This document shows, piece after piece, positions 10,509 through 19,463 of a stretch of DNA of 64,000 nucleotides (position 1 is the first letter of the stretch; every line of letters starts with the position of its first letter). The DNA comes from Verrucomicrobiota bacterium (GTDB taxonomy: Bacteria; Verrucomicrobiota; Verrucomicrobiia; Opitutales; Cerasicoccaceae). Made by a program: the position numbers and the translations under genes. Below the pieces are notes generated by a model, which did no database searches, was not told the origin of the DNA, and was given only the letters and a program-made list of their open reading frames with translations. The DNA lies in contig JBCBUK010000012.1 in NCBI GenBank assembly GCA_039818205.1, positions 32,001-96,000 of the forward strand. The letters run 5' to 3'.

Positions 10509-11270
10509 ATGCACTTACATCTTAAAATCTGGAGACAAAAAAACGGTGACGAGTCGGGCAAGTTCGTGAGCTACGAACTACCCGAAGTCGATGAAGGTTC
10601 CTCCTTCCTCGAAATGCTCGACATCATGAACGAGCAATTGGTCGAAAAGGGTGAGCCACCCGTCGCCTTCGACCACGATTGCCGCGAAGGTATTTGCGGA
10701 ATGTGCTCGCTGGTGATCAATGGCGAGGCCCACGGGCCCGAACGCGCCACGACGGCCTGCCAATTGCATATGCGCCATTTCAACGATGGAGACACCATCA
10801 CCATCGAACCGTGGCGCGCAAAAGCATTCCCCGTCGTCAAAGACCTCGTGGTCGATCGCACCGCATTTGACAAGGTGATTCAGGCCGGCGGCTTCATCAC
10901 TGCGCGCACGGGATCAGCTCCCGACGCCAACGAAATTCCGATCCCGAAGCCAGTCGCCGATCACGCCATGGATGGCGCGGCTTGCATCGGTTGTGGCGCC
11001 TGTGTCGCTGCCTGCCCAAACGGCTCAGCCATGCTCTTCACTTCCGCCAAGGTAGGCCACCTAAACAGCCTTCCCCAGGGACAGGCCGAGAAGTATTCGC
11101 GAGTAACCAAAATGGTGGACGCCATGGATACCGCTGGTTTCGGCAACTGCACCAACTACGGCGAATGCCAGGCCGTTTGCCCGAAGGAGATCACCTTGGA
11201 CTTCATCGCCAAGATGAATCGCGACTACGCAGTCGCCCGCATCAAAAATTTCTTCAACAAGGCCAGCTAA
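10509..11270 (+). CDS. sdhB: Succinate dehydrogenase/fumarate reductase iron-sulfur subunit
   Basis: [32 protein letters not shown]. Confidence 0.97.
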   Translation: MHLHLKIWRQKNGDESGKFVSYELPEVDEGSSFLEMLDIMNEQLVEKGEPPVAFDHDCREGICGMCSLVINGEAHGPERATTACQLHMRHFNDGDTITIEPWRAKAFPVVKDLVVDRTAFDKVIQAGGFITARTGSAPDANEIPIPKPVADHAMDGAACIGCGACVAACPNGSAMLFTSAKVGHLNSLPQGQAEKYSRVTKMVDAMDTAGFGNCTNYGECQAVCPKEITLDFIAKMNRDYAVARIKNFFNKAS

Positions 11271-11343
11271 CACCCTGAGCTTGCATCTCAGATTTATCGC
11301 AGTGCGATAAACGCTAGGCAACCGGTCGTTAATCTGAATTTTG

Positions 11344-11375
11344 AGCACCAACGTTACCCGCGTTGGTGCTTTTTT
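11344..11375 (+). terminator. Rho-independent terminator of sdhCAB
   Basis: AGCACCAACG-ttacccg-CGTTGGTGCT followed by a T run. Confidence 0.85.
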
Positions 11376-11446
11376 GTAAGCGGTCATTGCTGCGAAAAAC
11401 ATTTGGCTCGCCATCGGGGCTCGGGGTTTCCTAGCGTGATCCGCTT

Positions 11447-12799
11447 ATGTTGGAGTCATTGACCGATCGCATGACCCACGCGATGCGCAATTTGCGCGGT
11501 GTTGGGAAGTTGTCCGAAGAGAACATGGCCGAGGCCTTGAAGGAGGTTCGGACTGCTCTGCTGTCGGCGGATGTTCATTTTAAGGTCGCCCGCCAGTTCA
11601 TCGAAAACGTCAAGACCGAGGCCACCGGCCAAGATGTTCTGAAATCGGTCACGCCTGGTCAGCAGATTATCAAAATCATCAACGACGAGCTCGTAAAGCT
11701 CCTCGGCGAAGGCAGCACTCAGCTTACTGACAAAAAGCCGCTGCGCATCATGATGGTCGGTCTGCATGGTGCTGGTAAGACAACAACCACCGTCAAACTG
11801 GCCAAGCGCCTGGCGAAAAATGGCTACAAGCCAGCAATGATTGCCTGCGACGTGTATCGCCCGGCGGCGATTGATCAGCTGCAGACCCTGGGCGAGCGCG
11901 AGGAGATCCCCGTCTACACTGATCGCGACTCCAAGGACGTCCCCAAGATCGGTAAAGCGGGCTTAAAGTGGGCTAAAGAACAAGAACGCGACCTCATTAT
12001 TTTTGACACCGCTGGTCGCCTCCAAATCGACGAGGATTTAGTGCAGGAAATCGTCCGCCTGAAAAAGGAGATCCAGCCGGATGAAGTCCTGCTAGTTGCC
12101 GACTCGGCACTCGGTCAAGAAGCGGTCAACGTCGCCAAACACTTTCACGAAGCTGTCGACCTGACGGGCATCGTCTTGACCAAGCTCGATGGTGACGCCC
12201 GCGGTGGTGCCGCCCTCTCCATGAAGACGATGACCGGAGCCCCCATTAAGTTCATGGGCACCGGTGAAAAGGTCGACGACTTCGATGTCTTCCACCCCGA
12301 CCGGATGGCTCAGCGCATCTTGGGTATGGGCGACGTGGTCTCCCTCGTCGAAAAGGCTCAGGAAAACATCGATCAGGATGAGGCCGCACGCCTGGCCGAG
12401 AAGATGAAAAAGGCGGACTTCGATTTCGAAGACTTTCTCGCACAGATGCGCCAAATCAAGAAAATGGGATCCATTGGTGGCCTGATGAAGATGCTTCCTG
12501 GCGCCCATGATCTGGAAATCGGTGATGAGCAAGAGGACCAGCTGAAGCGCACTGAGGCTATCATTCTATCAATGACTCCCAAGGAACGGCGCAGCCCACA
12601 AATCATCAACGGCAGTCGCCGAAAGCGCATTGCCAATGGGTCGGGCGTCGAAGTGCGTGACGTCAACCAACTGATTAAGCAGTTTGGCCAGATGCGCAAA
12701 ATGATGAAGATGATGAAGGGTGCAAAAGGCCGTAAGCAGATGGCCAAGATGGCTAAGCAAATGGGCGGCGGCGGCGGCCTTGGCCTCCCGGGAATGTAA
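11447..12799 (+). CDS. ffh: Signal recognition particle protein Ffh
   Basis: [32 protein letters not shown], Met-rich M domain with [11 protein letters not shown]. Confidence 0.98.
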   Translation: MLESLTDRMTHAMRNLRGVGKLSEENMAEALKEVRTALLSADVHFKVARQFIENVKTEATGQDVLKSVTPGQQIIKIINDELVKLLGEGSTQLTDKKPLRIMMVGLHGAGKTTTTVKLAKRLAKNGYKPAMIACDVYRPAAIDQLQTLGEREEIPVYTDRDSKDVPKIGKAGLKWAKEQERDLIIFDTAGRLQIDEDLVQEIVRLKKEIQPDEVLLVADSALGQEAVNVAKHFHEAVDLTGIVLTKLDGDARGGAALSMKTMTGAPIKFMGTGEKVDDFDVFHPDRMAQRILGMGDVVSLVEKAQENIDQDEAARLAEKMKKADFDFEDFLAQMRQIKKMGSIGGLMKMLPGAHDLEIGDEQEDQLKRTEAIILSMTPKERRSPQIINGSRRKRIANGSGVEVRDVNQLIKQFGQMRKMMKMMKGAKGRKQMAKMAKQMGGGGGLGLPGM

Positions 12800-12804
12800 C
12801 TCGG

Positions 12805-13221
12805 TCAATTGGGTGACTCCGATTCTTCCCGTGGCTCGTTCGCGTGGCGCTCCATCCACCAACCAATCAAGGGAAACTGGATCCAGAACGAGAAATAGAA
12901 GATGGTCAGATACCAAAACGGGATGACAAACCCAATCCCCAAGCCCCATCCAATTGCGAGGAGTACGTAGTCATACACGAAGAGCGGAAGGGTCAGATAA
13001 AGGGCAAGCCACAGGGAGTTGCGGAGGTGGCGACCATCTTTCCAGTATCGTCTCAGCGTATAGGCCGTAATCGGGAAATAGACCGCGGTCACAAAAACCA
13101 CGACGACAACCTTCGCCCAATCCGGCCATTGCTGGTAGTATTTCGGCAGACCAATCAGGTAGAAGGTTAGCCAAGTTAGGAAGCTGTAAACAAGCAGCTG
13201 AATATGCTTTTTCGGCGACAT
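12805..13221 (-). CDS. Hypothetical membrane protein (about 4 TM)
   Basis: 138-aa hydrophobic ORF filling the gap, ATG start. Confidence 0.7.
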   Translation of the reverse strand: MSPKKHIQLLVYSFLTWLTFYLIGLPKYYQQWPDWAKVVVVVFVTAVYFPITAYTLRRYWKDGRHLRNSLWLALYLTLPLFVYDYVLLAIGWGLGIGFVIPFWYLTIFYFSFWIQFPLIGWWMERHANEPREESESPN

Positions 13222-13270
13222 CGATCAGTTGACGCTATCAAAGCAGCAGAAACCAACGGTTTCAATATCT

Positions 13271-13939
13271 CTAGTGCCAGCGGATGTCTAAATCATGGAG
13301 GCGGATCAGCGGCTCGCCATCATCGTCCTCCGCGCCAGGCTCTTCGATACCCGTTTCGACCGGCTGAGGCGCCGGCTTGTTGGGATCCTCCAGCTCGCCC
13401 TTCGACGCGAGAACTTCTAACAACGCATCGTAGGCACCTGGCTGAGAGAAAATATAGAATCCAGAAATCCGGGGATCGGTTCCCACCGGATAGCCAATCG
13501 GATCTCCGAGCGGCCAAACCGCGTCGTACGGGTGATCCACCATGTCGACGACCGCCTCTAGATTGTCGATGGTGAATCCTCGCTCATTGAGATCAGCCTC
13601 CATGGACTCCAAAACCTTAACCGAACGCACCGTCGCAACGCGGTTCTCGCCAGATTTCTTTCCCGCGATGTAAAAGGCAACGCGGAAGCGGATGATCGCT
13701 CCATCCGCACTCGCCCCCATGAAGACTTCCTCGTCATCGATAAAAGCCTCACGCGTCACATCCAAGCGCCAGGCATCGCGTTCAATCGCGTGCGGACGGC
13801 GGTTATCAATGGAGAGCGCATTGAGCGTATCGTAGCTCTCGCCCTTGTATTCGAAGTCTTGCACCGAGTGGCACCCGGTAAACAACGCGCTAATGACGAT
13901 TCCAGATGCGAGGCTCAAGCGGAGGAATTGATTCTTCAT
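13271..13939 (-). CDS. Hypothetical lipoprotein (paralog B)
   Basis: Lipobox FTG-C; clear similarity to 13966..14631. Confidence 0.8.
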   Translation of the reverse strand: MKNQFLRLSLASGIVISALFTGCHSVQDFEYKGESYDTLNALSIDNRRPHAIERDAWRLDVTREAFIDDEEVFMGASADGAIIRFRVAFYIAGKKSGENRVATVRSVKVLESMEADLNERGFTIDNLEAVVDMVDHPYDAVWPLGDPIGYPVGTDPRISGFYIFSQPGAYDALLEVLASKGELEDPNKPAPQPVETGIEEPGAEDDDGEPLIRLHDLDIRWH

Positions 13940-13965
13940 AACCGATTAATTTCCAAATATTTCCG

Positions 13966-14631
13966 TTAATAGTGCCACTTGATGAAGTCGCCCCAGCCGC
14001 CCGAGGATTCCTCCGCAGCTTCACCTTCTTCAACGACCTCAACCGCCTCAACCGATTCGACAGCTTTATCTTCGCCAACCGACTCCACGATGACTTCCTC
14101 TTCAATTACGATAGGCTCCATGTCGCCAAGCGATTCCAGAAGCGCGTCGTAGGCGCCCTCTTTCGCGAATAAGTAAAATCCAACAACGCGGGTGCGTCCG
14201 CCAACGGTGTAGCCAATGACATTAGCGCCCGTAACAATGGCGACTCGGCGGGTTACGATAAATCCATCCTCCTTCAGCAACTGGACGATCTTGTCCATCA
14301 CCTTGGTCGTGCGTTCGGTGGTATTTTCGGTCCACTTAGATTTCTCGCCGAACATGTGAAATTCCATCCGGAAAACGATCATCGAGCCGTCCTCACTGGC
14401 CCCAATCGTTATGTCCTCGCCCTCTAGAACCGCGTGGCGATCCGGCCCAAGGCGCCAGGCATCGCGTTCGATCGGAAATGGGCGCCGACTATCGATCGTG
14501 ATGTTATCAACCGTCGAGTAGGTCTGGCCCTTATACTCAAAATCACGGCTGGAAGTACATCCAGCCAACAGGGCTAAAAGCAGCACAATGAGCGAATTTC
14601 CCGCGCAACGGTGAATGTCAGAACGTTTCAT
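13966..14631 (-). CDS. Hypothetical lipoprotein (paralog A)
   Basis: Lipobox LAG-C; acidic C-terminal tail; clear similarity to 13271..13939. Confidence 0.8.
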   Translation of the reverse strand: MKRSDIHRCAGNSLIVLLLALLAGCTSSRDFEYKGQTYSTVDNITIDSRRPFPIERDAWRLGPDRHAVLEGEDITIGASEDGSMIVFRMEFHMFGEKSKWTENTTERTTKVMDKIVQLLKEDGFIVTRRVAIVTGANVIGYTVGGRTRVVGFYLFAKEGAYDALLESLGDMEPIVIEEEVIVESVGEDKAVESVEAVEVVEEGEAAEESSGGWGDFIKWHY

Positions 14632-14735
14632 AGCGGATGTGCGTTTAGCAGCTATACTGCTGAGATCAAAGGCGAAAGCTTTCTCTTAACACAAACGTCA
14701 CACGACGATCATATACAGCATCGCAGCTTGCGTGA

Positions 14736-15764
14736 TCAGGGATCAAACAAGTCCTTCTGCGGCGGATCCACGTCCGCCTCCATCATTACGTCATCGTGCT
14801 TGTGTAGATGGCGAGGTGGCTTCTTTACCCGCAAGGCGAGCGCAGCCTCACCCTCATCCGCTAGGCGGTCACAAATTCGACGGACCTGCATCTTCAGCCA
14901 GCGAGTGGTTTGAGACTTTGCAGTGTAGTCGGCTGGGCCGTAGCTGTCGACCCGGGCATCCTGCTGCAGTTGGTCGTTCTGCAAAAACTCACTCTCGCTC
15001 TCCGGATCATAAACCGCGTAGGTTTTGCCACCATTGCGCCTCACCACAGAAAAAACGGGTACATCGCTCGGACCGTCCGCGACATAGATCATGTTCTCAA
15101 TCGGCACTCGCCGATCCTCGTGAAGCATCTTCGCGTTGACGTCGATATCGGCGTTTTTATTCGAGCCCTTGTTAATCTCAAAAATATACCGGGTTTTGAT
15201 GGTGTTATCGACCATTGAGCCAATTTGCCCGATCTCAAACTCCATCGGAATCTCGAGCTCATCTTGCTGCAGAAAATGCGGGGGCAAAGGAGTTTCGATA
15301 AACTCACAGCCAAAGACGCCGTCCACTTCCGGCGCGATTTTGCTTCCCCGGATCATCTCCGTCAGGCCGGTACTCACGATATAGTGCTCCAAGACAATAT
15401 CGTGCTTTGAGTAGCGCTCCTCCGACTGAGCAATCGCCTTCAAATCGCTGAACAAATCTGGAAGCCCGGGATAAAAGTTCAATTCCGCCCCCAATTCCCG
15501 CAATCGGCTATTCCTGAGCCCCTTCATCGGGCCGTTCTTCACATAGCTCAGAAGGTGGTTTAAATAGACGGTTTCCGGTGACACGCGAACGCCTCGCTCA
15601 GCATAAACTGATGGTAGGGTGTTGACCTCTTGCCAAAACTCCTTATCATTAACTGAAAATGCGCGAAACAAGGGCTCCTGCATGTAGCCGGGAATGAGCG
15701 TTTTATCAAAGTCCCAGATGCAGGCAACAATGCGTCGTCGATTCAGGCTGGCGTTGTTTTTCAT
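14736..15764 (-). CDS. HAD-superfamily hydrolase
   Basis: DFDKT motif I, IVSTG motif [10 protein letters not shown] motif IV; start 15764 or 15779. Confidence 0.85.
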   Translation of the reverse strand: MKNNASLNRRRIVACIWDFDKTLIPGYMQEPLFRAFSVNDKEFWQEVNTLPSVYAERGVRVSPETVYLNHLLSYVKNGPMKGLRNSRLRELGAELNFYPGLPDLFSDLKAIAQSEERYSKHDIVLEHYIVSTGLTEMIRGSKIAPEVDGVFGCEFIETPLPPHFLQQDELEIPMEFEIGQIGSMVDNTIKTRYIFEINKGSNKNADIDVNAKMLHEDRRVPIENMIYVADGPSDVPVFSVVRRNGGKTYAVYDPESESEFLQNDQLQQDARVDSYGPADYTAKSQTTRWLKMQVRRICDRLADEGEAALALRVKKPPRHLHKHDDVMMEADVDPPQKDLFDP

Positions 15765-15909
15765 TGGTAGAATATTCACCCATTGTTTTTGGCCTGAGCC
15801 AAAGGGCGAGTCTCAAAAAGCTGTTAATTATCGGAATATTTTTATGCGTGATAAGCTCTAATCGAATCCGATGTTGAAATTTCCGACAAATCCTTCTTAG
15901 ATCTCATAA

Positions 15910-17106
15910 ATGAACCGCCGCTTTGGCCAAGGGACACCGCCTCCAGGTCCACCACCAGGCCCTCGTGGACCCGGCATGGGTCCGCCTGGTCCACCTCCGC
16001 CGGTATACATTATTCCGGGTCCGCCTCCAGGCCAGCCCATGGGTCCGCCACCACGCCCGAAAGTTCCTCAGAATAACGAGCGAAAGGGGCGTTGCTTGAT
16101 CAATGAAAAGTCAGGAAAGACAACAAATTCGACCCAGGCAGAGAGCCCCAAGCCAAAAGCCACAAAAGTCAAGCATCGCACCGACCAAAAACAGGGTCTT
16201 AACCTCAATCCGCTCCTATTTTTAAGTGTCGCTGTATTGGCCCTGGGCGCGGGAGTTGGTGTCACCTACCTGCTGATCCAGCAGTGGAACATGGCCGAAA
16301 CGGGTCAGGAGCAAACAACGAGCACGGCCGAAAGCGCAAATCCCGCGTCACCAGAGGTGGCCAGCAATTCGGTTATCGTCGCACCGATTCGAGATTCGTT
16401 CCGCGAGTTGAAATCCGCAGCACTTCAACAACTCGAAGATCAAGCAACTGGAACTGAAGTTCTCCTTAGCAATATGTCGGAAGTCACGGGGATGGCGAAT
16501 ATTCGCTCATTCACCATGACCGCTTCTCAAGATTTCGGCGGACGAATCTTCGACGTTAAGATTTACGCACGCGAACCAAGCTCCATCAGAGCGACCACCT
16601 CGGACAAGACCATGAAGAACACGGTTCTTATCAATGGGCAAGCGGGGCAGATCATCTACTATAGCCACATGGCGAACGATAGCTCCAGCCGAGAACTGGA
16701 TAATTACCAGCGTGTGCGGACACTACTCGCCTACACTCCGCCTCTCGCCTTGTGGCAGATGTCGAGCAACATCGCGGCCATAGAAGATGGCGGCATAGAA
16801 TTCTTCAACGGGGCAGAATGCCAGGTGATTTTGAACGAGGGAATCACGCCTTACATGATCAAGCACTACATCGACCCGAATACCTCGCTTGAATTGGGCC
16901 GTTCAGTTGATTTCGTTGCGAACGGCACGCCTGTGACGTTAACCGTCGTTTTCGAACAGTATAGTCGCACCGGTGGCGTCTTGATGCCCCAAAAGATCAT
17001 CATTCGCGACAAAATACCGTCTATCCAGGAAACAGTGGTGGATGTCAGCGAATGGGAATTCAATCCCGGGCTGCTAAACAGCCTCTTCAAAATCGAGAAT
17101 TCCTAA
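15910..17106 (+). CDS. Hypothetical protein: Pro-rich N-terminus, single TM, LolA-like/lipoprotein-sorting-like C-terminal domain
   Basis: PPPGPPPGP tract, TM LLFLSVAVLALGAGVGVTYLLI, C-terminal beta-rich region (YIDPNTSL, GGVLMPQKI, FNPGLLNSLF). Confidence 0.6.
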   Translation: MNRRFGQGTPPPGPPPGPRGPGMGPPGPPPPVYIIPGPPPGQPMGPPPRPKVPQNNERKGRCLINEKSGKTTNSTQAESPKPKATKVKHRTDQKQGLNLNPLLFLSVAVLALGAGVGVTYLLIQQWNMAETGQEQTTSTAESANPASPEVASNSVIVAPIRDSFRELKSAALQQLEDQATGTEVLLSNMSEVTGMANIRSFTMTASQDFGGRIFDVKIYAREPSSIRATTSDKTMKNTVLINGQAGQIIYYSHMANDSSSRELDNYQRVRTLLAYTPPLALWQMSSNIAAIEDGGIEFFNGAECQVILNEGITPYMIKHYIDPNTSLELGRSVDFVANGTPVTLTVVFEQYSRTGGVLMPQKIIIRDKIPSIQETVVDVSEWEFNPGLLNSLFKIENS

Positions 17107-17122
17107 GGAAATCTCAAAAACG

Positions 17123-17365
17123 CTAGGCCTTCTTGGTCCGAAGCTGGTCGATCAAGGTAACGCGGAAGAGCGACAAGGCCAACCAAGCAAAGCCGGCCAT
17201 CACAACGGAGGTGTAAGCCGAGAAGAAGAAATTCCAGTGTGGCTCGTAAAATGGAACGTGCGGCGGAATAATCTTAAAACAGAAGACAAGAAACACGACA
17301 CCCGAAAGGGCGACGTCAATCAATGCGCCAAGTGGAGAGACAAGTTTGCGGTCTTCAGCTTCCAT
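17123..17365 (-). CDS. Small hypothetical membrane protein (2 TM)
   Basis: 80-aa ORF with two hydrophobic helices flanking PPHVP. Confidence 0.65.
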   Translation of the reverse strand: MEAEDRKLVSPLGALIDVALSGVVFLVFCFKIIPPHVPFYEPHWNFFFSAYTSVVMAGFAWLALSLFRVTLIDQLRTKKA

Positions 17366-17413
17366 AAGGCCCCAAATTTAGGCCGCTTGTTTCAGTCCGG
17401 TCAACGCGAAAAA

Positions 17414-18043
17414 TCACGCACGAAGGGCCTGAAGCCAAGTTTTCGCCATCAAACCATATCCCGCCGGAGTGGGATGCACGCCGTCGGGAAGCCAATAGTC
17501 CATTTCCTGGCGGCAAGCAGCCGCTGCAAATGCTCCGTCAAATGGGACAAATATGGCGCCATACTCTCGAGCCAGTTGACGGACAACATGAATTTTGGGA
17601 TCCAAATCCGCTCGCCATGCCACCCGATCATCCGGACAGGGGAGCAAGAACGGTTCGCAGATAACCAAATTCACATCTCCCTGCGCCTTAACGGCATCCA
17701 AGATTCTGCGGTAACCCGCTTCAAAGTCTTCGACCCGGGTCGGATCATTGCTGTCGAACGCCCGCCAACAATCATTGACCCCGATTAGTATCGAGAGCCA
17801 GTCCGGCTTCAAATCAAGGCAATCCTCCTGCCAGCGGGCTTCGAGATCGGCAACGCGGTTGCCAGAAATACCCCGATTGAGGATTTTCAAGCCCAACTCT
17901 GGATAGCGAGCTCCCAAAAGAGAGGCGATGATCCGGACGTAGCCACTGCCGAGTCCACCGTCTTCGTCAGTCAGACGACGAGCATCAGTAATACTATCGC
18001 CCTGGAATAAAACTGTTTGGTTGCTTTTAAAGGGGTTTGGCAT
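17414..18043 (-). CDS. SGNH/GDSL hydrolase
   Basis: FQGDSITD, NRGISG, IGVND, DGVHP; start set at MPNPF. Confidence 0.92.
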   Translation of the reverse strand: MPNPFKSNQTVLFQGDSITDARRLTDEDGGLGSGYVRIIASLLGARYPELGLKILNRGISGNRVADLEARWQEDCLDLKPDWLSILIGVNDCWRAFDSNDPTRVEDFEAGYRRILDAVKAQGDVNLVICEPFLLPCPDDRVAWRADLDPKIHVVRQLAREYGAIFVPFDGAFAAAACRQEMDYWLPDGVHPTPAGYGLMAKTWLQALRA

Positions 18044-18195
18044 GTTGCTTGGATGACAGAATTTGGGGCTGGCGAAAAGATCGCATTTCCGCAAATTACG
18101 CTTGGTAAATTCCATAAATAGAATGCCTTGTAAGGTTTCTTCGGTCCACCCGTCAGAAGCTTCGAGCCCTTACGTGAGAAGTAACTAGAAATATT

Positions 18196-18699
18196 ATGCC
18201 GAGTATCATTGAAGACAATATCGTCTGCCTGCGCCAAGGAGAAGCCCTGCTCAACACCTTGGACAATGCTAGCTACGCAAGGCCTCATGAAGTCTGTCAT
18301 GGAAGTTCGATTGGTGGCCACCTGCGACACAACATCGATCATTATTTTTGCTTTTTGCGGGGTCTGGCCACCGGAACCGTCGACTACGACGCCCGGGCGC
18401 GGGATAACCAGCTGGAGCGTTCGATCGAAGCTGCCCAAGCCGCGATTAGCGAAATCATCAATGCATTGAACCAACTAGGTGAGAGCGATCTGGATAAAGA
18501 TATCAATGCGATCATGGACTCTGGAAACGCCGACACCGTTCCCGCTCGCTCGACCGTCCGTCGTGAACTGAAATTCCTGCTAAGCCACACGGTTCACCAC
18601 TACGCCCTGATTTCAACAATCTGCCGATTGGAAGGCCACCTAGCCGATGAGTCATTTGGCGTCGCGCCTTCCACGCTGAAACATCAACTCGCTGATTAG
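18196..18699 (+). CDS. DinB/YfiT-like family protein
   Basis: SIGGHLRHNIDHY and RRELKFLLSHTVHHYAL His motifs, FGVAPST. Confidence 0.85.
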   Translation: MPSIIEDNIVCLRQGEALLNTLDNASYARPHEVCHGSSIGGHLRHNIDHYFCFLRGLATGTVDYDARARDNQLERSIEAAQAAISEIINALNQLGESDLDKDINAIMDSGNADTVPARSTVRRELKFLLSHTVHHYALISTICRLEGHLADESFGVAPSTLKHQLAD

Positions 18700-18701
18700 T
18701 C

Positions 18702-19460
18702 ATGTGCACAGCAACCTGGTGGACTGGAGCCGACGGATATGAGCTCTTTTTCAACCGCGACGAGCTAAAGTCGCGGGCTCCCGGCCTACCTCCAAAAAAC
18801 TTCTCATTGAATGGCGTTCGCTATCTGGCACCGATCGACTCCACCGCAGGCGGTACCTGGCTCGTGGTCAATGAGTTCGGTCTAAGCATCTGCCTGATCA
18901 ACCAGTATCCCGACGGAGCCCGCAACCTGGGCGTGCTGCGAATCAGCCGCGGATTGCTGGTTCGATCACTGGCCGATTGCCGGGATTGTCGGGAAGTAAA
19001 GAGTCGCCTGGCGAGAATGGACCTGATTCGCTACGACGCCTTTCTATTGATCGCGGTTGAAGCTAGTGGTGCGGCGTGCACGCATACCTGGGACACCTGG
19101 AATCTGATTTCGGCAGATGAAGCCCAAGGTGCCCAGCCTTTTACGTCTTCGCGCCACATGTCCGCTGATGTCCTTAGAAGCCGGCGCCGACGCTTTGCCG
19201 AGCTCGTAAAACTGCGAGGTGGGGACCCCTCTCCCAATGATCTGCGGGCATTTCACGAATACTACGCTCCAGAAACTGCCGCACATTCCGTCTTTATGAA
19301 CCGCCCGGATGGCGAGACCGTTAGCCTGACCCATGTCGTGGTCAATCATGATCAAATTGTGATCGAGTACGCGCCGCGCCTGCCCGGGGAGTTTCGTTTC
19401 GATCGCGCTACCCAGTTGACGCTCCAACGGGTCGACCTGGGCCTCTCAATCAGCCGATGA
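18702..19460 (+). CDS. NRDE/TANGO2 family protein (Ntn-hydrolase fold)
   Basis: N-terminal MCT, FNRDE, GGTWL, SRGLLV. Confidence 0.9.
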   Translation: MCTATWWTGADGYELFFNRDELKSRAPGLPPKNFSLNGVRYLAPIDSTAGGTWLVVNEFGLSICLINQYPDGARNLGVLRISRGLLVRSLADCRDCREVKSRLARMDLIRYDAFLLIAVEASGAACTHTWDTWNLISADEAQGAQPFTSSRHMSADVLRSRRRRFAELVKLRGGDPSPNDLRAFHEYYAPETAAHSVFMNRPDGETVSLTHVVVNHDQIVIEYAPRLPGEFRFDRATQLTLQRVDLGLSISR

Positions 19461-19463
19461 TTT

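Noticed and set aside
7671..11270. Absence of sdhD
   Set aside because: Normal for complexes with a single cytochrome b558 anchor subunit
11271..11446. Possible SRP RNA next to ffh
   Set aside because: No conserved helix-8 pattern (CAGG...GGAA...GCAGC) seen on either strand
15935..16060. Short CC-rich repeats (ccgcctccagg and similar)
   Set aside because: They encode the polyproline tract; not a CRISPR array or VNTR
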